Shown here piece by piece: positions 1-8,921 of a stretch of 64,000 nt of DNA (positions within the stretch are counted from its first letter, which is position 1; every line of letters starts with the position of its first letter). The position numbers and the translations under genes are program-made. This stretch comes from a virus. The notes below the pieces were generated by a model. The model was not told the origin of the DNA, did not search any database, and saw only the letters and a list, made by a program, of their open reading frames with translations. The stretch spans positions 1 to 64,000 of the IMG/VR virus record IMGVR_UViG_3300034025_000053. One strand, 5' to 3'.

Positions 1-333
1 CCGGTGCGCGGCATGTTCAAGGACGGCAAGTGGCTCGGCTACGATGACCGCCATACTAAGCACGGCGAAACCCTTGACCGTCTGCAGGGCCTCAACGAGT
101 CGCCCGCCGAATACCAGTGGCGCGGCGTCCGCCGCTGGGTGCTGCAGGGTCCAGTCGCCAACATGCTGAGCCTGATCGCTCGCGAGACCGTCTACATCTA
201 CCTTGAAGACGCTCGCCCGCGCAGCGCAAAGTGGAACAGCCTGGCCAAGGCACGCCCGTTCCTTACCGAAGCCGCCGCCCAGCGCTTCGCCACCCGTTAC
301 CCTCGACTCGGCCTCACCGCCGTCCTGCCATGA
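1..333 (+). CDS. hypothetical protein, possibly 5'-truncated by the window edge
   Basis: Frame is open from nt 1 (track ORF 4..333). The stop overlaps the next start (ATGA at 330-333). Confidence 0.5.
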   Translation, partial: PVRGMFKDGKWLGYDDRHTKHGETLDRLQGLNESPAEYQWRGVRRWVLQGPVANMLSLIARETVYIYLEDARPRSAKWNSLAKARPFLTEAAAQRFATRYPRLGLTAVLP

Positions 334-644
334 GCACACCCAACCACAACGGCGGCACCGCCTTCCCGAGCACGCTCAGCATCGCTGGCCCGGCCTTCGA
401 CCCCGTCAAGGGCGGCCACGTTCCTGCCGGCACGACCCAGCACTACCACCACCTGGGCATGTCCCTGCGCGATCACTTCGCCGGGCAGTGCTGCGCGGCC
501 ATGGTGTCGACCATCCGCAATGATGCGGACTATACCCGTCTGCGCGAGATCGCCGCCGGCCACGACCTCGACAGCGTCAGCCAGTTCTTTGCCCGGGAAG
601 CCTACAAGCAGGCCGACGCCATGCTCGCGGAGCGTGCCAAGTGA
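330..644 (+). CDS. hypothetical protein (104 aa)
   Basis: Internal ATG of track ORF 231..644 chosen because it forms an ATGA overlap with the upstream stop. Ordinary amino-acid composition from MSTPNHNGG onward. Confidence 0.55.
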   Translation: MSTPNHNGGTAFPSTLSIAGPAFDPVKGGHVPAGTTQHYHHLGMSLRDHFAGQCCAAMVSTIRNDADYTRLREIAAGHDLDSVSQFFAREAYKQADAMLAERAK

Positions 645-892
645 GCACCGCCGCCACCAGCGCCTGGTTCGACGGCGACAAGTTCCACCCCGCCCTGCCC
701 GGCAACTACAAGGTCCGCAACCGCGTCCGGCTCAATCATCGCAACCCGAATGCCCTGATCGGCGCCAAGCGCTTCTGGGACGGCCAGCGCTGGCTCTGCT
801 GGGAAGGCGGCTTGCAGTCCGTGTTCGGCGATCACTCCAGCCACCAGTGGTGCGGCCTCGCATCCGATCCTGCCGAGGCTGCGCCATGCTGA
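641..892 (+). CDS. hypothetical protein (83 aa)
   Basis: GTG start in a GTGA overlap with the upstream stop. Trp/Cys-containing, non-repetitive sequence. Confidence 0.5.
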   Translation: MSTAATSAWFDGDKFHPALPGNYKVRNRVRLNHRNPNALIGAKRFWDGQRWLCWEGGLQSVFGDHSSHQWCGLASDPAEAAPC

Positions 893-999
893 CGCCAGCT
901 CACCGCCGGCGCATGCGCCTCGCCGCCATCGGTGCCCTGATCACCTTCGGCGCGCTGATCGCTATGCCCGTTGTCGCCTTCCTGATGGTGCAATCATGA
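886..999 (+). CDS. small membrane protein (37 aa)
   Basis: ATG at 886 in the frame of track ORF 520..999. Hydrophobic stretch LAAIGALITFGALIAMPVVAFLMV. Confidence 0.4.
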   Translation: MLTPAHRRRMRLAAIGALITFGALIAMPVVAFLMVQS

Positions 1000-1172
1000 T
1001 GGCGGTCGGCTTCGCAATCGCCTTCCTCGCCATGGCGGTGGTGTACCTCACCGGCGGCAAGCCTGATCCGGATCGCTGGTGCTGGCGCACATGGGTCGGC
1101 CTCGCGCTCGTTGTCGGCATCCTGCTGGTCGTCGCCAGCGTGGTTACGTGGCTGTGGCAGGTGATGCCATGA
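996..1172 (+). CDS. small membrane protein (58 aa, two hydrophobic segments)
   Basis: ORF translated by hand (below the track cutoff). ATGA overlap at both ends. Sequence MMAVGFAIAFLAMAVVYL...LALVVGILLVVASVVTWLW. Confidence 0.45.
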   Translation: MMAVGFAIAFLAMAVVYLTGGKPDPDRWCWRTWVGLALVVGILLVVASVVTWLWQVMP

Positions 1173-1468
1173 TGTCCGGCATGGCGTCATTCGTCCGCGA
1201 GTTCATGGCGACCGAGGCAAACTTCGATGCCCCGATCTGCTCGGCATGCAAAGGCTGCTTCTTCCAAGGCTTCGAGCCGCGCACGATGTGCGGCCCGTGC
1301 GAGCGTGCCATTCCGAAGGCCAACGCCCGCATCCTGGTGGCGCGCAACAAGCGCGAGGGCGGCTACATGGGCAAGTTCGTGCGCGACGTTCGCCCTGGCC
1401 ACGTCCGCACCGGGCAGGACGAGATGGCAACCTCGCTCAAGGCCGATGCGAAGTGGAGGCGTGCATGA
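1169..1468 (+). CDS. Cys-rich (CxxC...CxxC) zinc-ribbon-like protein (99 aa)
   Basis: ATG at 1169 overlaps the upstream stop. Motifs CSACKGC and CGPCE. Confidence 0.5.
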   Translation: MMSGMASFVREFMATEANFDAPICSACKGCFFQGFEPRTMCGPCERAIPKANARILVARNKREGGYMGKFVRDVRPGHVRTGQDEMATSLKADAKWRRA

Positions 1469-1596
1469 GCGCCTTGCTGATCGCCATCGCCATCTACTTC
1501 GGCGCGCTCGCTATTGCTGACGCGCTGCGTGGCCCACGCCGCCGGCCGCCGCAAACCCCGGGCGAGCTGCGCGCGTCGCGGAGGAACGAGCCATGA
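1465..1596 (+). CDS. small membrane protein (43 aa)
   Basis: ATGA overlap at 1465. Hydrophobic N-terminus MSALLIAIAIYFGALAIA followed by a basic tail. Confidence 0.4.
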   Translation: MSALLIAIAIYFGALAIADALRGPRRRPPQTPGELRASRRNEP

Positions 1597-1844
1597 GCGG
1601 CCCGCGCGACCTGTGCATCATGGCGTGCGTCTTCTGCCGCGACGTCACCTTCCACAACTGGCTTGCCGAGCTGGCGCCGGATGCTGGCCGCTTCGACGAG
1701 GAGGAGGCCAAGGACTTCGTGACCGGCATCTGCGGGATCGAGTCCCGCTCGCAGCTCGACAAGGAGCCGGCTGCTGCTGCCCGCTTCCACGAGCTGGTGC
1801 GCGCGCCGTACCTCGCCTGGAAGGAGGCTCAGCATGTCGGCTGA
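1593..1844 (+). CDS. hypothetical protein (83 aa)
   Basis: Track ORF with an ATGA overlap with the upstream gene. Confidence 0.5.
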   Translation: MSGPRDLCIMACVFCRDVTFHNWLAELAPDAGRFDEEEAKDFVTGICGIESRSQLDKEPAAAARFHELVRAPYLAWKEAQHVG

Positions 1845-2190
1845 TCGCGAACTACTGCTGCTGGCGGCAAAGGCTGCGGGGATTGCCCTTTGGCCTGTCG
1901 GAACCCCGTGGCGGGATAACTCGATGGGGACCGGCCTGCTGCTGTTCAACGGGCAATTGGTATGGAACCCGCTGGCCGACGACGGCGAGGCGCTGCGCCT
2001 GGCGGTCGACCTGCAAATTCAGTTCAACGTCGTGCTTGAAGATTCTCGTGGATGGGTCGAATCGCCATCACACGTAAAGCAGAATTACTACATGGAATTT
2101 CAATGGGAGATTCCCGGGGACCGGTACACGGCCACGCGTCGCGCCATCGTCCGCGCTGCCGCCGCGATCGGGAGGGCAATGCCATGCTGA
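1834..2190 (+). CDS. hypothetical phage protein (118 aa)
   Basis: Track ORF. Segment LLLLAAKAAGI...WNPLADDGEALRLAV resembles a common phage ORFan family, recalled from memory and unverified. Confidence 0.55.
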   Translation: MSADRELLLLAAKAAGIALWPVGTPWRDNSMGTGLLLFNGQLVWNPLADDGEALRLAVDLQIQFNVVLEDSRGWVESPSHVKQNYYMEFQWEIPGDRYTATRRAIVRAAAAIGRAMPC

Positions 2191-2549
2191 CCGCTGACCT
2201 GACCGGCGATCTGCTGGCGCTGTGGGTGGCGCGCGCGGAAGGCATGGAGCCGCGTGCCAATCATTTTGGCTACTGGGTGGTGAACCCATCGGAGAAAAAC
2301 CAGTTCGAAGGCTACATCGGCGACAAGGCCGGCGATCTCTCCCCAAAATACGCGCCGCACGAGAACTGGGCGCAGGGCGGTCCGATCATCGAACGCGAGA
2401 AGATTGGCCTTGTGATGCGGCCGGACGGTTGGCTCGCAGGCTATGCCCATCATGCTATCGGCACAGGCGGACTCGCCCCCACGCCGCTGATCGCCGCCAT
2501 GCGCGCCTTCGTCGCCAGCAAGTTCTGCGTGTGCGAGGTGACGCCATGA
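2184..2549 (+). CDS. DUF2591/NinX-like phage protein (121 aa)
   Basis: Internal ATG at 2184. N-terminus LTGDLLALWVARAEGME matches the pattern I associate with DUF2591 phage proteins. Confidence 0.55.
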   Translation: MLTADLTGDLLALWVARAEGMEPRANHFGYWVVNPSEKNQFEGYIGDKAGDLSPKYAPHENWAQGGPIIEREKIGLVMRPDGWLAGYAHHAIGTGGLAPTPLIAAMRAFVASKFCVCEVTP

Positions 2550-2746
2550 TGCGCTTCCTGTGGCGCGCCATCGTGCCCGGCTCTACCTTCAACGTCTGGT
2601 GGTGGCTCGTCTGGCTTGGTTTCGCCGTCTTCATGGACTGGCCCCGCGAGATGATCATCTACGGCATCATCTTCCTCCTCAACCTCTACTCGTGGGATTA
2701 CCAGCGCCGGCGTGCGGCTGGCCTGCCGAAGGATCCGCAATGCTGA
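2546..2746 (+). CDS. small membrane protein (66 aa)
   Basis: ATGA overlap at 2546. Trp-rich hydrophobic segments WWWLVWLGFAVF and IIYGIIFLLNLY. Confidence 0.5.
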   Translation: MMRFLWRAIVPGSTFNVWWWLVWLGFAVFMDWPREMIIYGIIFLLNLYSWDYQRRRAAGLPKDPQC

Positions 2747-3192
2747 TGACAACTGAGCAAGCCTCCGCCACCTGGTGCCCCATGGTGCGCATCGCCCGGC
2801 GTGAGCCTGTAGTCCCGCAACCGCGCAGCATTGCGGATGCTGAAAACGTCGTGGTCGTCGCCGGCTGCAATACCGATGCGCTCTACGGCCTGCGCGTGCC
2901 AGCCTCCTGCCGCTGCATCGCCGCGGACTGCGCGATGTGGCGCTTCGCAGACACGACGCCAGAGCACCGCAATCCGAAGCTGTGGTGGGCGGAGGAGGAT
3001 GAGCCGGCGACTGAGCCGCCGCGCCCGGAGAGAGTTCCAGCCAGCGCGGAATGGGTGCCCTACGAAGCTGTCGACGATGGTTTCGACGGCGGCTACTGGC
3101 TGGAGTCGGCCGAGGCACTGTCCGCCGAGATCGCCAAGGCAGCTGCTGCCCGTCGCGGCTTCTGCGGTCTGGCCGGGAAGCCGGTCGTATGA
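2740..3192 (+). CDS. hypothetical protein (150 aa)
   Basis: Internal ATG at 2740 in track ORF 2560..3192. It overlaps the end of the upstream gene. Confidence 0.5.
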   Translation: MLMTTEQASATWCPMVRIARREPVVPQPRSIADAENVVVVAGCNTDALYGLRVPASCRCIAADCAMWRFADTTPEHRNPKLWWAEEDEPATEPPRPERVPASAEWVPYEAVDDGFDGGYWLESAEALSAEIAKAAAARRGFCGLAGKPVV

Positions 3193-3497
3193 GCCGGGCC
3201 GTCACCGAGCGCGACTTCCGTGCCCCAGAGTTCCGCAATGCTGATCCGGCCGACTACGAGTTCCGCAGTGACGGCAAGATCGTGCGCAAGGACCGCTGGG
3301 AGAAAGCTATTTTCCGCATCGCGTTCGGGCTGGATTTTTGCACACGCGAGGGCTTCGAGATCGATGATGTGGTCGCGGCCGCGCGCGAGCTGGTCGACTC
3401 GTCGGTCGATATGGCCAAGCAGCTGGCCGCCGATGAAATCTGGTGGACGATCAAAAATAGCGCGGTCCCATTCCTGTTCGATAACCCGTTTGACTGA
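3189..3497 (+). CDS. hypothetical protein (102 aa)
   Basis: ATGA overlap at 3189, internal start of track ORF 3051..3497. Confidence 0.5.
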   Translation: MSRAVTERDFRAPEFRNADPADYEFRSDGKIVRKDRWEKAIFRIAFGLDFCTREGFEIDDVVAAARELVDSSVDMAKQLAADEIWWTIKNSAVPFLFDNPFD

Positions 3498-3506
3498 AAG
3501 CCCACA

Positions 3507-4454
3507 ATGAACGACCAAAAAATCTACCAGTACCTGGCCCGCAAGCCGGACGCGCGCGCGCAAGATATCGCCGATGTCATGGACGTCGAGCTGAGGGATG
3601 CGAGCGAGGCGCTGCGCAGCCTGGTCGATGTCGGCGACGTGTCGCGCTACACCGGTACCGGCCCGAATGGCCTTTCGGTGCAGCTGTACAACCTGAGCGA
3701 CACGTTCAAGAAGTCGCGCGAGTACCAGGTGATCATGTCGCAGATCGAGGCGGCCAAGAAGGCGCCTGAGCCTGCGCCCGCCCCACCACCACCGCCAGCG
3801 CCACCACCGCCCGCGCCGCCGGCGCCGGTAATCCCCCCGGTGTTTGCCAAGGCGGAGGAACTGCCGCGCATGGGCACGCATGCCGATCGCGCGATGGCGG
3901 CGATCAAGAATGGCCCGGTGTCCGACGCCGACATGCGTGTGCACCTGGGCCTGACTGACGGCCAATACCCGTCGGTGTTCCTCAAGAGCGCCGTGAAGAA
4001 CGGGCGCCTGCACCGCGGCGTGCACGGCTGGACTGTCGGGCCAACGCCAACGGCGGGGAAGTTCTCGCCTCCGATCAGCCCGCCGAAGAACGAGGTCAAG
4101 GCGCAGTTCAAGCCGACCGACGAGCCGGCTAACGAGACTGCGCACTTGCTGAGTTCGCCCGCCAACGCGGCTCACCTGGATCAATCGATCAAGCAGCTGC
4201 CGATGGTCGCCGAGGGTGCTCCCTTCGACAAGTTGAAGCTGAGGGTCAGCCCTGTGCAGACGATCGAGGTGGAGCGCCGCGCGCCAGTGCCAGACGGTGA
4301 TGCGCCCGTATTCCGCTGCGGCCTGTGGTCCGACGGCGTGCTCGAGCTTCAGCGCGACGGCGTGACGGTTGCCCGCCTGCAGCGCGGCGAGGTCGAGAGC
4401 ATTCAGCAGTTTATGGGCCGCGTGGTCCAGTGGCCTGGGGAGGTGGCGGCGTGA
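3507..4454 (+). CDS. hypothetical protein with wHTH-like N-terminus and a poly-Pro/Ala linker (315 aa)
   Basis: Track ORF. N-terminus IYQYLARKPDARAQDIADVMDV looks like a winged helix. Linker PEPAPAPPPPPAPPPPAPPAP. Confidence 0.6.
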   Translation: MNDQKIYQYLARKPDARAQDIADVMDVELRDASEALRSLVDVGDVSRYTGTGPNGLSVQLYNLSDTFKKSREYQVIMSQIEAAKKAPEPAPAPPPPPAPPPPAPPAPVIPPVFAKAEELPRMGTHADRAMAAIKNGPVSDADMRVHLGLTDGQYPSVFLKSAVKNGRLHRGVHGWTVGPTPTAGKFSPPISPPKNEVKAQFKPTDEPANETAHLLSSPANAAHLDQSIKQLPMVAEGAPFDKLKLRVSPVQTIEVERRAPVPDGDAPVFRCGLWSDGVLELQRDGVTVARLQRGEVESIQQFMGRVVQWPGEVAA

Positions 4455-4966
4455 GCACCCGGCGCAAACGCACACCGCCGCCGGGCCGCCCGGGCGACAT
4501 GTTCACGCTGATGGACGAGATGCTGGCTTCGCCCACGGAGCCGATGCCGGCCGATGACGCAGCCTCGCGCGTGGCTGCCGCCCTGCACCACCTGGAACGC
4601 CTGGCAACCGAACCCGCCCCGAACGTCATGGAGTGGCGGGTGTGCGCGATGGTCGGCAACTTCATGGAGGTGCTGCTCGAGCTTGGCATCGCACAGGATC
4701 CGGATGGGCTGCTGGTCGACGCGTTCGCCGCGCTGCGTGCGGCCGCTGAGCGCAACCTGCGCGCCGGCAAAACGATCCGCCTGACCGGGCCCGGGCTGGT
4801 GGCGATCCGTGGCTTGATCCGCGATTTCGCCGAGATCCTTGAGCAGGCGCCGCACCGGACGATCATCCGGGCGTTCCGCGAGACGGACAAACGCGTGCGC
4901 TCACTCGATCGTGGCGGGCGCCGGCCGTCGGATTACGTGGCTCAAGTCGGGTTGGCACGGTCATGA
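4451..4966 (+). CDS. hypothetical protein (171 aa; alternative ATG start at 4499)
   Basis: GTGA overlap at 4451 in the frame of track ORF 4325..4966. Confidence 0.5.
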   Translation: MSTRRKRTPPPGRPGDMFTLMDEMLASPTEPMPADDAASRVAAALHHLERLATEPAPNVMEWRVCAMVGNFMEVLLELGIAQDPDGLLVDAFAALRAAAERNLRAGKTIRLTGPGLVAIRGLIRDFAEILEQAPHRTIIRAFRETDKRVRSLDRGGRRPSDYVAQVGLARS

Positions 4967-5253
4967 GGTGCCGCAAAGGCGACATGGCCGTGGTCATCCA
5001 GCCGCTGGGCGGCAACAAGTCGACGATCGGCATGTTCGTCGATGTGCTTCAGGTCGAACCTAATCACCTTTTCCGCGACGGCGGTCGCGCCGACGCCTGC
5101 CTGATCCGGGTGCCGTGCCCGGTGCCAAGCTCCGGCGGGAACATGATCCAGCAGGGATGGGCGATGGACGCGAACCTGCAGCCGATCCGCGGCCGGGGCA
5201 AGACGGAGCCGGCGGGAGTCACCATCAAGCGGTGGGAGCCGGTAAAGCTATGA
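4963..5253 (+). CDS. hypothetical protein (96 aa)
   Basis: Track ORF with an ATGA overlap. Confidence 0.5.
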   Translation: MRCRKGDMAVVIQPLGGNKSTIGMFVDVLQVEPNHLFRDGGRADACLIRVPCPVPSSGGNMIQQGWAMDANLQPIRGRGKTEPAGVTIKRWEPVKL

Positions 5254-5519
5254 ACGAGCGCCCAGTGCATGTGAACTTCGGCACCACCTGGATCGAGCGG
5301 ACGGTAACGCTGGTCGACGGTACCGAGGTGTCGAACTATTCGCAGGAGTGGCGGCACCAGTGCGAGGCGCAGCACATTTTGAACATGCCGAGTAAGCAGG
5401 CGCGCCAGGTGCTGCTGAGCGAGATCGAGAATCGGCGCGGATCGCCGGCGCGGCGCGCACTGGAAAACCTGATTTTGGCGTTGTGGAAGGCGAAGCAGCC
5501 GCCGGCCACCGCCGCATAG
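5250..5519 (+). CDS. hypothetical protein (89 aa)
   Basis: Internal ATG at 5250 (ATGA overlap) in track ORF 5115..5519. Confidence 0.5.
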   Translation: MNERPVHVNFGTTWIERTVTLVDGTEVSNYSQEWRHQCEAQHILNMPSKQARQVLLSEIENRRGSPARRALENLILALWKAKQPPATAA

Positions 5520-5560
5520 ACCGCGCTGGCCGGGTGCCAGTATTTGAAGGGGGGGGATGT

Positions 5561-5959
5561 ATGGATGCAGTAACGTTGGACACGGTGCTTCCGTGGGTGG
5601 TGGGCGCCTTGGTGTTGCTGGCAATCGGGATCTGGGTGTGGATTGCCTTTCGGGCACGGGCCGAGCGGCTGGACGCCGAGCAGCGCCGGCGCGATCTGAA
5701 CGAGCACAATGCGCGTGTCCGGACGAACCGGGAAGCGATCCGCCGCGAACTTAGCAAGCCGAACCCGGCGGGATTGTCGCAGATTTCGACCGCGCCGCCG
5801 ATCGAGCGCCGCAAATACGGCCAGCCCCGCCCGGCCTCGGACGACACCGCGTCGCAGCACGCTCTCTATGCCGTGCCGGCGCCAGACAGCTACGGATCCA
5901 GCTGCAGCGACTCGGCGTCGAGCTCGTCGGACAGCAGCTCGTCCTGCTCATCAGATTGA
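5561..5959 (+). CDS. membrane-anchored protein with a Ser/Cys/Asp-rich C-terminal tail (132 aa)
   Basis: ATG at 5561 preceded by GAAGGGGGGGG. Transmembrane segment VLPWVVGALVLLAIGIWVWIAF. Tail SSCSDSASSSSDSSSSCSSD. Confidence 0.55.
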   Translation: MDAVTLDTVLPWVVGALVLLAIGIWVWIAFRARAERLDAEQRRRDLNEHNARVRTNREAIRRELSKPNPAGLSQISTAPPIERRKYGQPRPASDDTASQHALYAVPAPDSYGSSCSDSASSSSDSSSSCSSD

Positions 5960-6016
5960 ATCCGCCGCCGGCGCGGCCCGCCGGCACTCACGCGCTTCGG
6001 CGCAAAAAGGAAATAT

Positions 6017-6328
6017 ATGCAAGTTGGTTCTTCAGGTCTTTCTCGCTTCGGCGTGTCCGCAGGCGATACTGTCGTTGCTCCATCCGAAATTCAGTCGGGC
6101 ATGAACAACGTCAGCGGTCAGATTAATCTTCTGGTGGATCGCCTTTCGAGCCTGCACGTAGCGCTCGGTTCGGTAATGACGCCGGCCGGCCCGGAGGAGG
6201 ACAGCTCTCTCAAATCGATCCATTCCGGCCCGAGTACTCCCCTGGGGCATGAACTCGAAAACCACAATGACCGCCTTCGCGCGGCGAACAACAGCGTTCA
6301 GGACATCCTGGACCGCATCAAGCTGTAA
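6017..6328 (+). CDS. hypothetical protein (103 aa)
   Basis: Track ORF with RBS AAGGAAA 5 nt upstream. Locally lower GC. Confidence 0.5.
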   Translation: MQVGSSGLSRFGVSAGDTVVAPSEIQSGMNNVSGQINLLVDRLSSLHVALGSVMTPAGPEEDSSLKSIHSGPSTPLGHELENHNDRLRAANNSVQDILDRIKL

Positions 6329-6354
6329 AAACCACCGCCGGCGCAGTCTGGCCG

Positions 6355-6370
6355 GCGTCGTGATGCAACC
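6355..6370 (+). promoter_or_regulatory. CGTCGTGAY motif copy upstream of the 6379 gene
   Basis: gCGTCGTGATgcaacc, directly after hairpin CGCCGGC-N8-GCCGGCG. Confidence 0.4.
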
Positions 6371-6378
6371 CTGCTCCC

Positions 6379-7095
6379 ATGAGTGAAAAATCCCCCGACT
6401 GGCGCGACAAGGCTGGCGGCTACCGCACGCGTGTCGACGCTGATGGAAAGCCGGTAGAGCGTGCGCGCGGCGGTGCCCCGAAGGCTGGTAGTCGTGCTGG
6501 ATTGTTCCAGCCACCTCGCATCGAGGTGAAAGCTGCCGCCCGCGCGCTTTACGAAGGGGTGCCGGGCGCGACGTGCGTGTCGGTCGCGAAGGAGCTGGGC
6601 GAGCCGGAAGGCACGGTTCGGCGGTGGAAGGCGGAAGAAGGTTGGAAACCGGCGAAGCGCTCGATCGCAAACCTGGGTGCGCGGGCAGGTGAACTCGCCA
6701 ATTCGTTCGCCGTGAAAATGACGGACCTGGGAAAACCAATGAGTGATGAAGTCGCCGCGGCCGAGGTCGCAAAAGAATTGTCGGAAACCTTCGCCGTCGA
6801 CGTGCGTGCGCAGCTGCTGGACCGCCACCGCAAGGAATGGGCCGGCCCGCGCAAGATCGCATACGAGGCGATGAAGGGTTCCGACCTGGACAAGGCCAAA
6901 CTGGCGAAGATCTCGGCCGAAACGCTGATGTTGATCCAGACGGGCGAGTGCCGGGCGTACGGCATGGACCAGGCCGCGCGCGGCGCCGACGAACGCCGCA
7001 CGGTGGTGGTCATCGATCGCGAGGGCGCATCCGACGTCGACCAGGATCCGCTGGCCGGCATTTCGAACGGCGTTGACGGGCCGGATTCCTTCTGA
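6379..7095 (+). CDS. putative small terminase-like HTH protein (238 aa)
   Basis: HTH-like segment CVSVAKELGEPEGTVRRWKAEEGW and the overall layout resemble TerS-type proteins. This is a motif-level guess only. Confidence 0.45.
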   Translation: MSEKSPDWRDKAGGYRTRVDADGKPVERARGGAPKAGSRAGLFQPPRIEVKAAARALYEGVPGATCVSVAKELGEPEGTVRRWKAEEGWKPAKRSIANLGARAGELANSFAVKMTDLGKPMSDEVAAAEVAKELSETFAVDVRAQLLDRHRKEWAGPRKIAYEAMKGSDLDKAKLAKISAETLMLIQTGECRAYGMDQAARGADERRTVVVIDREGASDVDQDPLAGISNGVDGPDSF

Positions 7096-8573
7096 TGGGC
7101 AAGCTACGCGTGGTCGGCCCCGACGACAGCGGCATCTTCATGCCCACCGAGATCGTCATGCGCCTGGTGGCCGAGCTGCTGCCGTATGCGCAGAACTCGC
7201 GCACCCATACCCCGGCAAGCACGGCCAGCCTGGTCAGCATGATCAAAAAATTCGGCTGGACCAACCCGGTGCTGATCGCTGATGGCGGGATCCTGGCGGG
7301 CCACGGTCGCATCATGGCCGCCGGCAAGCTGGGTCTGGTCAAGGTGCCGTGCATCGACCTGTCCCACTTGGATGCAGACGCGCGCCGCGCGCTGGTGATC
7401 GCCGACAACCGCTCGAGCGAGCTGTCCACCTGGTCGCTCGAGGAGCTGAAGGGCGAGACGGATTACCTGCGCGATGTCGGTTTCGACATGGAGGCGGACC
7501 TGGGCTTCGCCGAGGACGACCTCGCCAGCATGTTCGAGGGGATGGTCGGCGCGCCGGATACTGGCGATGGCGATCCGGACGAGGTGCCCGAGGTGCCGGT
7601 CGAGCCGGTGTCGCGGGTGGGTGACGTGTGGATCTGCGGCGCCCACCGGGTGATGTGCGGCAGCGCGCTCGAGCTGTCCCACTGGGACGCCCTGATGGGT
7701 GGCGAGCTGGCGGACGTCGTCTGGACGGATCCGCCGTACAACGTCGATATCGGCGGCAAAAACGAATCGCTCGATCGAGCCGACGGCGGCAGCCGGGCCA
7801 AGACCGGCAAACTCCAGAACGACAAGCTCGCCGCGGGCGAATTCCGCGAGTTCCTGCTCGGGATGTACCGTGCCGTTTTCGAGGTGATGAAGCCGGGCGC
7901 GCCGATCTACGTGGCGCACGCCGACAAGGAGGCGCTGGCCTTCCGCGCCGCGTTCGAGGAGGCTGAGTTCAAGTTCTCGTCCATGGTGATCTGGAAGAAG
8001 AACGTGATGGTGCTGGGCATGTCGGACTTTCAGCCCATCCACGAGCCGATCATCTACGGGTGGAAACCCGGCTCGAAGCACCGGTGGTACGGCGGCCGCA
8101 AGAACACCAGCGTCATCGACTTCGGCGAGGCCGGGCCCTTCACCCAGCTGCCCGACGGGCGCTGGCAGATCAAAATTGGCGATTCGATCATGGTGGTGTC
8201 TGGCGACGCGACCGTGCAGGAAAGCCCGGCCAGCGTGATCCACGAGGCCAAGCCGTCGAAATCGGGCCTGCACCCAACGCAGAAGCCGGTGGCTCTGGTC
8301 GAGCGCCTGCTCAAGCAGTCGGCGCGCGCCGGCGACATCGTGGTCGACGCGTTCGGCGGGTCCGGCACAACGCTGGTCGCGGCAGATCGCATGGGCATGT
8401 GCGCCAGGCTGATGGAGCTGGATCCCGCATTCGCCGACGTGATCGTGGTGCGCTGGCAGCAGCTGACCGGCCGGCGCGCGGCGCTGGCCAGCACCGGCGA
8501 GCTGTTCCCTGCAGGCGATGAGGTGCGCGCGCCGGCGCCGGACGAGCTGCCAGGCGCCGAGGGGCTGTTTTGA
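7095..8573 (+). CDS. ParB-like nuclease domain fused to a beta-class N6A/N4C DNA methyltransferase (492 aa)
   Basis: N-terminal ParB-like segment (GWTNPVLIADGGILAGHGR). DPPY motif VVWTDPPYNV comes before the SAM motif VVDAFGGSGTT, which is the beta-class order. Confidence 0.85.
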   Translation: MGKLRVVGPDDSGIFMPTEIVMRLVAELLPYAQNSRTHTPASTASLVSMIKKFGWTNPVLIADGGILAGHGRIMAAGKLGLVKVPCIDLSHLDADARRALVIADNRSSELSTWSLEELKGETDYLRDVGFDMEADLGFAEDDLASMFEGMVGAPDTGDGDPDEVPEVPVEPVSRVGDVWICGAHRVMCGSALELSHWDALMGGELADVVWTDPPYNVDIGGKNESLDRADGGSRAKTGKLQNDKLAAGEFREFLLGMYRAVFEVMKPGAPIYVAHADKEALAFRAAFEEAEFKFSSMVIWKKNVMVLGMSDFQPIHEPIIYGWKPGSKHRWYGGRKNTSVIDFGEAGPFTQLPDGRWQIKIGDSIMVVSGDATVQESPASVIHEAKPSKSGLHPTQKPVALVERLLKQSARAGDIVVDAFGGSGTTLVAADRMGMCARLMELDPAFADVIVVRWQQLTGRRAALASTGELFPAGDEVRAPAPDELPGAEGLF

Positions 8574-8803
8574 AATCCGCTCTCGATGTCCTGGGCGACC
8601 TGTCCGGCCTGAGCAAGCCGGCGCTCAACGAGATCCTTGAGCAGGTCAGGGCGAACCAGGCGCTGCTGAACGCGTGCGCCCGGCATGAATTCGAGCAGGT
8701 GCTGCCGGTGGTGCCCTTGCGCCAGAAGTATCGCTGCAAGCGGTGCGGCGGCGAGGTCGACCATCACGCCTGGTATTGGCACCAACAGGGCCGCCGGCAG
8801 TAG
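8570..8803 (+). CDS. hypothetical protein (77 aa), TTG start
   Basis: Track ORF. The only in-frame start is a TTG overlapping the upstream TGA. CxxC near the C-terminus. Confidence 0.4.
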   Translation: MKSALDVLGDLSGLSKPALNEILEQVRANQALLNACARHEFEQVLPVVPLRQKYRCKRCGGEVDHHAWYWHQQGRRQ

Positions 8804-8921
8804 TATTCGCGGCCTGGAATACCACGAAGGACATTGAAATACATCAAATTAATTACACGCGGCATCAATAATGCATTAAAATTGCTGCACGTTCTTAATT
8901 TCAACTGTCCTACGGAAACCC
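8804..8921 (+). promoter_or_regulatory. AT-rich intergenic region, probable promoter/operator for the HD-hydrolase operon
   Basis: Sharp GC drop. Hairpin GTATTC-N8-GAATAC (8803-8822). Two CATCAA(A)T(A)A motifs (8843, 8863). TAAAAT at 8877. No convincing -35 found. Confidence 0.3.
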
